Source: Octopus vulgaris (Eukaryota). Taken from it: DNA of 64,000 nucleotides. The notes below the pieces were generated by a model. That model saw only the letters and a program-made list of their open reading frames with translations, did not search any database and had not been told where the DNA came from. A program made the position numbers and the translations under genes. Each line of letters begins with the position of its first letter. The first letter of the stretch is position 1. The stretch is from contig OX597834.1 of the NCBI GenBank assembly GCA_951406725.2, positions 35,340,001-35,404,000 on the forward strand, written 5' to 3'. Of this stretch, positions 55,875 through 64,000 are shown one piece after another.

Positions 55875-57475
55875 TCATCATCATCATCGTCATCATTGTT
55901 CGTCTGCTTTCCATGCTGGCATGGGTTGGATGGTTTGACTGAAAACTGGTAAGCTAGGGGAAGCGGCGGGGGGGGGGGCGGGGATGCACCAGGCTCCAGT
56001 CTGATTTGGCAAGGTTTCTACAGCTGGATGCCCTTCCTACACCAACCATTTCGAAAGTATAGTGGGTGCTTTTTACATGGAACCAGCATGGGTGCCGTTG
56101 ATCTGATAATGGCATTGGCCACAACTATAGTCTCTCTTGGCTTGACAGGTCAACACAAGCAGGGTGTATCGCCAAGGGTCTTGGTCACCTGTCACTACCT
56201 TCGTGATGTCCAACACTCGAATGGTGCTTCTCACGTGCCACTGGCATGGGTGCCACAACTATGATTTCACTCGGTTCAACAGGTTTTCACAAGCACAGCA
56301 TATCGCCCAACGATTGAAGAGTGTTTTTAATGGGTCAGTTAAATGACATTGGCATTGGCCATGACTACATTCTTACTTGGCTTGAGGTCATTGCTTCCAT
56401 GAGGCCCAATGCAGAAATGGTGCTTTTCATGTGCCACCAGTATGGATGCCTGTCAGACAGCACTGGCATCCATCACGGTTATGATTTCACTTGGTTTGAT
56501 AGGCCTTCACAAGCACAGTATATCACCCAACGATTGAAGGGTGCTTTTAATGGCCCAGTTAAACAACATTGGCATCAGCCACGACTATGATCTTACTTGG
56601 CTTGATGGGTCTTCTCAAGCACAGCATATCTCCAAAGATCTTGGTTGCTTGTCATTACTTCTGTGAGGCCCGACATTCGAAGTTCGTGCTTTACCACCTC
56701 ATCTCATGTCTTCCTGGGTCTACCTCTTCCACAGGTCCCCTCCACCGTTAAAATGCGACACTTCTTCACACAGCTGTCCTCATCCATACGCATCACATGA
56801 CCATATCAACGCAGTCGTCCCTCTTGCGCACTACATCTGATGCTTCTTATGTCCAACGTTTCTCTGACCTTACACATCCAACAGAGCATGTAAGCTTCAT
56901 TTCTTACAGGCCCACACACGTCCCCAGCAGTCACAGCAACATGTTTCACTGTTGTGTAGCATAGCTGTTCACACACAGGCATCATACAGTCTGCCTTTCA
57001 CTCTGAGTGAGAGGTCCTTTACTACCAACAGATGTATGAGCTCTCTGGACTTCGCCCAGCCTATTCTTATTCTAGCAGCTATGCTCTCAGAGCATCCACC
57101 CCTGCTACTGATGTGGTCACCTAGGTAACGGAAGCTCTCGACTACTTCTATTTTTCCCTCCTGGCACATTATGGAATCTATTTTCTGCACGTTTTTGGTG
57201 TTTATTGTACCTGTGCACCTTCCACACACAAAAACTATCTTTCCTATTAACCTTCCTCTGATATTGCTGCGCCTCTTATGTGTCCATAGCTTACACTGTG
57301 TAGATCTTCTGGAGTGTCTACCTACACCTTTTCTGCTGATTGAGCAGGACCATCTACCTGAAGGGATTTGTGATTTGTCCGCCTTCCTACTTACTACGAC
57401 TTTGGCTTTTGCTAGGTTAACTCTAAGGCCCTTCAATTCTAGACCTTGCTTCCACACCTGAAACTTCTCTAGTTC
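55875..57475 (-). mobile_element. RTE-clade LINE 3' portion with duplicated 3'UTR and (GAT)n tail
   Basis: GLRVNLAKAK..Cys-rich insert..VESFRYLGD..ARIRIGWAK..VKGRLYDACV. Tandemly repeated UTR segments at 56090-56640; tail reads tcatcatc on + at ~55875. Confidence 0.85.
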
Positions 57476-58154
57476 TGTAATTATTTCTATCTAAGGTGTC
57501 ACCTTTACCTTTGTAGCAGTTGACTATGGTGCTGTTACACCAGTCGGTGGGTACGACTTCTTTGTGTACGACTCCTGGTTAACTATACAAGTGACTATAT
57601 ATACGTATATATACACATGCTTACACTCACATATATATCATCAAACATTTGCATCCCAAGCTAGGATGGATTGGATGGTTCAACAGGACCCGATTAGCCA
57701 GAGGGCTGCACTGGCCCCCCAATATTTCTGCAGCCGGATGCCCTTTCTAATGCTGACTACTTTACGGGTGTTTTTTTTTCCATGCTTTCAGCACAGTCGA
57801 GTCCACTGTTTAGTGATGTGAGATTATCTCCCTTCTGTCAAACATTTGATTTAAAAAGCGTGATTATGTCCCTTTTGACTCGATTTTACAGCTGGGCGGG
57901 CTGTGTGAGTGTGTTTAGACATATGGGTGAAATTGCATTTGATCCACTGACCCAATAACTGATGAGTCGGCGACCATACATGTCTGTTTCTCGTTTGTTA
58001 TTTATATGTTTCTTTTAACTCATTATATATATATTTTTTCTTTAAAAAAAAAAATATATATAAATATATTATATTAGTTAAAATTATCATCCCATTACTT
58101 TCACTTTCATACCAAAATGAAACACAAACATAACCACACACATACACAGTTCAA

Positions 58155-58202
<48 letters not shown>

Positions 58203-58560
58203 TCATCATCATCGTTTAACGTCCGGTTTCCATGCTGGCATGGGTTAGACGATTTGACTGAGGAGTGACAAACCAGATGGCTGCACCAGGCTTCAATCTG
58301 ATCTGGCAAGTTTCTACAGTTGGATGCCCTTCCTAATGCTATATATATGTGTGTGTGTGTGTGTATATAGGCTTGTAACAGGCTTCCACACATCTATCAA
58401 ATTCACTCATAGGGCATTAGTTGGCCCAAGATTATAATAGAAGATGCTTGCTCAAGATGCTGTGTAGTGAGACTGAACCTGAAACCATGTGGTTGCAAAA
58501 CTAACTACATAGCCATGGACTTATTATTATTGTCATTATTTTTTCCTATATTTTTTGTAG

Positions 58561-58805
58561 AGTTGTTGATGCCAAATTCAGATCAAGAACGGACAGTGGT
58601 CAGCAATTGGTTGGAAAGTGTTTTAATAGCCATCAAAAGCCAACGAGAGAACTCTGAAATTGTTGTTGAAGATACAACTAGCAGATATGTACCGTCCCTG
58701 CCAGCAGCACCCCCTCCAGTTGCTGCTCCGTCCCCTCCACCTACTCTTCCTCTACCTCTTTCTCCTTCAAATCCAGCCATGAATCTCCAGCCACTGTTAG
58801 TTGAG
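58561..58805 (+). CDS. BEN-domain protein, coding exon 2 (amphipathic helix + Pro-rich linker)
   Basis: Acceptor ttttcctatattttttgtag|AG matches phase 1 (G+AG=Glu). Encodes LLMPNSDQERTVVSNWLESVLIAIKSQ...PAAPPPVAAPSPPPTLPLPLSP...LLVE. Donor GAG|GTAAGT, phase 0. Confidence 0.85.
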
Positions 58806-58882
58806 GTAAGTCTTGGTACCTCATCACCATTTTTTTTTTAATCACTTTCCAAATCCACCCTCACCCTCTACATTACTCTCTC

Positions 58883-59286
58883 TACTCTCTTTTACTTGTT
58901 TCAGTCATTTGACTGCGGCCATGCTGGAGCACCGCATTTAATTGAGCAACTCGACCCCGGGACTTATTCTTTGCAAGCCCAGTACTTATTCTATCGGTGT
59001 CTTTTGCCGAACCGCTAAGTGACGGGGACATAAACACACCAGCATCGGTTGTCAAACAATGCTAGGGGGACAAACACAGACACACAAACATACACAAGCA
59101 TATATATATATATATATACATACGACGGGCTTCTTTCAGTTTCCGTCTACCAAATCCACTCAAGGCTTTGGTCGGCCCGAGGCTATAGTAGAAGACACTT
59201 GCCCGAGTTGCCATGCAGTGGGACTGAACCCGGAACCATGTGGTTGGTTAGCAAGCTACTTACCACACAGCCACTCCTGCGCCTAT
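58883..59286 (-). mobile_element. SINE family A copy
   Basis: Reverse complement of 59978-60376. Confidence 0.85.
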
Positions 59287-59977
59287 TATATTTGTTGTTT
59301 GGTCTTTTTATGACTACGGTGTGTTTATCACGTGCTGACCACTTGTACCCCAGGGCTGAATGAAACATGAACCCTTTGGCATTTGAACCAGCCATATCCA
59401 ACCCATGTATTCTACCTGTTTCATGTGCAGACTGGCTAGATCTGGCTTCTTGCACCTACCCTTCAATGTCATTCTAAAAATTAACAAACACATCATCTAA
59501 ACCTTGAAGCTACAAGATAATGTATGATCAATTCAAAACAGTGTGAATAAATAAGCATTATTTTTGACAGAGTAATCTGAATACTAAAAGGTTAAGCCAA
59601 ATAAATATGTGCTGAGGACATCAAGGCAAGGAGCACAAACAGAAATGGTAAATGGTCTACACCACAAAAGAAATCACTGAGGTCGACTTTGCCTTTCATC
59701 CTTTCGGGATCGATAAATTAAGTACCAGTTGTGTACTGTGGTCGATCTAATCGACTGACCCCCCTCCCCTTAAATTTCGGGCCTTGTGCCTAGAGTAGAA
59801 AAGAACATACCCACTCTACCGACAGGTATACGAGTGTATTTTAGCCAGACTTATTGACCCCTAAACGGCTTCCATATTTATATACATATATAAACACACA
59901 CACACGTACCTACGTACGTATGTGTGTGTTCATTACATAAAGGTCCTTTTATCCCACCACATTTTAATTAATTATCA

Positions 59978-60376
59978 TGGGAGGAGTGGCTGTGTGGTAA
60001 GTAGCTTGCTTACCAACCACATGGTTCCGGGTTCAGTCCCACTGCGTGGGATCTCGGGCAAGTGTCTTCTGCTATAGCCCCGGGCCGACCAATGCCTTGT
60101 GAGTGGATTTGGTAGACGGAAACTGAAAGAAGCCTGTCGTATATATGTATGTGTGTATATATGTTTGTGTGTCTGTGTTTGTCCCCCTAGCATTGCTTGA
60201 CAACCGATGCTGGTGTGTTTACGTCCCCGTCACTTAGCAGTTCGGCAAAAAGAGACCGATAGAATAAGTACTGGGCTTACAAAGAATAAGTCCCGGGGTC
60301 GTTTCGCTCGACTAAAGGCGGTGCTCCAGCATGGCCGCAGTCAAATGACTGAAACAAGTAAAAGAGTAAAGAGTAA
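59978..60376 (+). mobile_element. tRNA-derived SINE family A, young full copy (others at 45933-46353 -, 58883-59286 -, plus many older copies)
   Basis: A/B-box-like head tggctgtgtggtaag..ggttcagtccc, internal (TA/TG)n, tail (AAAAGAGT)n; near-identical to the other listed copies. Confidence 0.85.
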
Positions 60377-60681
60377 GTATATCGGACTGATGTTGTCATA
60401 TTTGCTGTTACTTTCCTCCTCTGCTAACCATTAAACCATTCATCAGGGAATAAATGCAACCTCCATGTGGGTTTTTGTGATCCGGCTTAAATAAAATGCT
60501 CAATCCAACGTTCGGCGTGCAATGCCAGCAACTAACAAAGAGATAGAGCGATGATCAAAGCTTGGATTTCTTGATTAGAACCTACTTCAAGGGAGGTAAC
60601 CTTTACCAATAATCTCCCGCTTTATTTTTTAAGCTTACGTCGTCCATTCCTCCGTGGTCTTGTTTTGCATTTATAATTAAA

Positions 60682-61097
60682 CTAGCAGTATCACCCGGCG
60701 TTGCTCGGGTTTGTTTCGACCCTTTAGAATTGGAATTTTTGAAAAGTAAAAATTTTGCATTATGTAGCTTGTTATTCTCTTTAAGTGAACATTTTTCTGG
60801 TGGAAATACACCGAAAAATGGTGACACAGCAGTAGAAAAAATCGTAAAAAAATAGGGATTTTCATAGAAAAAAAAAAAGCACCTTTTTCATGTAAATAAT
60901 TTTTGGTGTTAACATGGTCCGATTTGAATTTTTTCTTCTACGGAAGGAAGAGCAAGCTTTCTTCTATCATACTCTCAATGTTGGTCAACTTGCGTCGCAG
61001 GGTCTCGGAGGAGATAGTGTTAGTTGAAGGCTACAAAACCTGCCATACACACACACACACACACACACAGACAACTTCAGCTTTATATATAGAGAGA
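60682..61097 (-). mobile_element. Non-autonomous Helitron
   Basis: On the - strand it starts A|TC and ends CTAG|T, with a subterminal hairpin CCCGAGCAACGCCGGG ~12 nt from the 3' end; no TSD. Confidence 0.85.
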
Positions 61098-61390
61098 TGA
61101 ATATGTACAAATTATAAAAATAATAAAAAAAATTTATACAGTACAGTTCTGTTTTTGCGGACTTTTATCTATCGCGGGTTTTTTTTTTTTGGAACGTAAC
61201 ACCCGCGATAGTCGAGCTGTGTATGTATGTATGTGTGTGTTTATATATATATATATTGGCTTTAGAATAACCTTCTTTAGCCCTTAATTATAAGATGTTC
61301 ATACTTCAACCGTAAAGGTTTTTTTTAATATACTGGCACGCTTTTTGATGGAATCCTTTTCTGTAGAGAAAGGGACTTCATCCTATATTG

Positions 61391-61425
<35 letters not shown>

Positions 61426-61857
61426 ATAAATCTAGTTTTATTATTGTTACTTATTCTCCTTTTTTCTTGTTGAAAGTAAAAAGGATGTAAATATATGTTT
61501 TTAAGTTTTTTTTCTTTTTTATAATCGATTTCTTCTCAAGTTTATATTATACAAAAAATTTTCACTGAATAATAACTTTGTACATTTACGCTTTTAAAAT
61601 ATCAGTTTTAAAAAATTCCTTATGAGGCATGATGTTTATTTAAAAGATTTTAACGCATGATAGGAAAAAAAAATTCCCTTGAAAAATCAGTATATATGTA
61701 TGTATATCGGTTCAGTGTATATATATATGTAGTTATCTTTGAAACATATTTATGTATATGTATGAACAAAATGTATGTATATATATATGTGGTCGCTTGA
61801 CTTGCTATGTATATATATATGTAACTAAATATATATATGTATATATCATCTACTATC

Positions 61858-61890
<33 letters not shown>

Positions 61891-62022
61891 GTATTCCTAG
61901 ATGGGGTATGGTGGGAAGTTTATTTGATCGATGCAATCACGGAAAAGGAAGGCATTAAATAATGATGACGATGATGATGATGATGATGATGCTTATGATA
62001 TTCCTTGTATTTTTATATCTAG

Positions 62023-62130
62023 GGAACAGCCATGACAAAGTCCCTTCCAATAAATTACATGAAGTTAAAAGCAATTCTACGAGCAACAAATGAACGACTC
62101 GGAGATAAAATGAAATATCTTTTAAACAAG
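62023..62130 (+). CDS. BEN-domain protein, coding exon 3
   Basis: Acceptor ttccttgtatttttatatctag|GGA; 108 nt, phase 0-0. Encodes GTAMTKSLPINYMKLKAILRATNERLGDKMKYLLNK. Donor AAG|GTCAGT. Confidence 0.85.
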
Positions 62131-62466
62131 GTCAGTCAGTTTGTTACGTCTACAATTATTCTATATGTTGTGAGTTTTTTTTTTAATGGTTTGGTTCTGA
62201 AGAAGGAAAGGTTGATGTGGTCTGGAAGAGGGTGTTCCTTGAACGTCTGCCATAGATAACTGCAGATAAAAACCATGGACATTGATCGAATTACAGTGGG
62301 AAAATTATGCGCCAAACACCGGCTTAAAGTTATTTTAATGGAATCTTTGTTAATAGATTTGGAACAAAAGCTGTGTATTTCAGCAGAAATATGGTGATAT
62401 ATTAGAATAATAATAATAATAACTTTGAATATAAATGCAGGCATGGATGAGTGGCTAAGAGGTTTG

Positions 62467-62990
62467 GCTTCAAGAGAATACCCTCCATCAGGCATTTGCC
62501 ATATTCTGAACGCCTTACTTCCCAGGGCATGGACACATTGAAACTCCGACGTCTGGCAGCTGACTTGACAGACAATCATAAAATTATCAACCATCTTACA
62601 AACAATAACTCTGAGCACCTTTTCAAACTCCACCTGTCTAACACCCATGGACATGTTTACAAAGTCAGAAAACAGCACGGCTCCCATTACTTTCGGAAAT
62701 ATTTTTTCATGCTGAGAGTTGCTGAAGCATGGAACAGACTGCCGGCATCAGTTATTAGTTGTCGGAGCACTGCATTCTTCAAAACTGCCATGCTTCCTGA
62801 GATTCGCCAACACTACACCTGATTTTCTCCCCTCCATACACATGCAAGCATGTATCTGACTCATACACTGTTCACTTTCCAGACATTTGTACATTACTGC
62901 ATATATTTTATAGGCACTCTCTGACAAGTTGTGGTGCACCTGAGCACTGTATACAATAATTTCATTATTATTATTATTATTATTATTATT
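62467..62990 (+). mobile_element. CR1-group LINE 3' end with (ATT)n tail
   Basis: LPYSERL...TLKLRRLAADL...HKII...THGH..K...RKYFFMLRVAEAWNRLPASV is a typical CR1 ORF2 C-terminus; another fragment at 63753-63841. Confidence 0.88.
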
Positions 62991-63051
62991 TAACCATTTG
63001 GCACTTTAGACAAGCGTCAGCACTGAGCAGACCAAAATCTTGTGAGTGGAT

Positions 63052-63228
63052 TTAATAATAATAATAATAATAATAAAATTATTGTGTATAGTGCTCAGGT
63101 GCACTACAACTTGTCAAAAGTGTGTATAAAGCATATGCAGTCATGTACAAATGCATATGGAGGTGGGATGTCAGGTGTAGTGTTGGTGAATTTCAAGAAG
63201 CATGGAGGTTTTGAAGGATGAATGCATG
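63052..63228 (-). mobile_element. Inverted 3' fragment of the same CR1 family
   Basis: Reverse complement of 62770-62990 with an internal deletion; tail-to-tail with the + copy. Confidence 0.85.
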
Positions 63229-63399
63229 CAAGATTTCACAGCTCTAGCATTACTCCTTCATAGTCAGCCTTTGAACTTTTCAGCCCACCATTGTATGAAG
63301 GGGGTGAGATGTATGTGGTGGGGATCAGAGAGATAAATTGGAGGCACATGTGTATCAGTGTGTTGCTTTAGTAAACCTTTTTTTTTTCTACCGTTGCAG

Positions 63400-63517
63400 T
63401 TGGTTGATGCTATGTTCACACGCGATGAGCTGGTGGCAGCTAGTGGCCTAGGGCTACGGACACAGAAAGACAAACAACACACACCACTTGATAGGAAGAA
63501 ATTAACTGCCATAAAAG
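63400..63517 (+). CDS. BEN-domain protein, coding exon 4 (BEN core); gene continues past the window
   Basis: Acceptor tttttttctaccgttgcag|TTG. Encodes LVDAMFTRDELVAASGLGLRTQKDKQHTPLDRKKLTAIK, matching the BEN pattern LxxxhFxxxEL..s..G....LDxxKhxAIK. Donor AG|GTAATC, phase 1. Confidence 0.88.
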
Positions 63518-64000
63518 GTAATCATTATAAATCTGCTTTTATAAATAATTTTTCTTTTGAAACAAAGACATCAGCTGGTTTAATATTTTGATCAACAAGA
63601 CAAATGAGATTGATGTGAGTGATGGCCTGCATGGTGATAATGATCATCATCATCACCAAATTCTGACATTGATGTGGTTGATAGGCACAGACATGGCTGT
63701 GTGGTTCAGAAGCTTGCTTCCCAACCATGTGGTCTCAGGTTCAGTCCCACTGTGGCAGCTGACTTGGCAGACAATCATAAAATTATTAACCATCTTACAA
63801 ACAATAATTCTGAGCACCTTTTCAAACTCCACCTGTCTAACATGGAAAAGTGGATGCTAAACATCATTCAGTCACACTCCCACACTGTGGTGACATTAGA
63901 CAATGTCAGGACACAAGATGTCACAGAGTGGGACTGAACCCAGAACCATGTGGTTAGGAAGCAAACTTCTTACCACACAGCCACATCTGTGCCTACTCTT

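Overview
Eukaryotic, AT- and microsatellite-rich DNA. The SINE, LINE and MITE content looks like a coleoid cephalopod (Octopus-like); this is inferred, not verified. Nearly all ORF-track entries are translations of microsatellites or transposable elements. One spliced + strand gene is well supported. It has a TATA/Inr promoter at ~48.2 kb, a non-coding first exon and four phase-consistent coding exons (54850-55015, 58561-58805, 62023-62130, 63400-63517). These encode 212 aa of a coiled-coil + Pro-rich + BEN-domain protein that continues past the window end. A candidate Cys-rich first coding exon of a second, minus-strand gene lies at 6043-5976. The rest is mostly repeats: a decayed DD37D Tc1/mariner, a rearranged mariner, RTE, R4/Dong, L1/Tx1 and CR1 LINE fragments, a Helitron, piggyBac/hAT MITEs and several tRNA-SINE families. 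There are also Penelope-type termini carrying minimal hammerhead-like motifs and three tandem arrays with palindromic monomers. Coordinates were read by hand; repeat boundaries are approximate.
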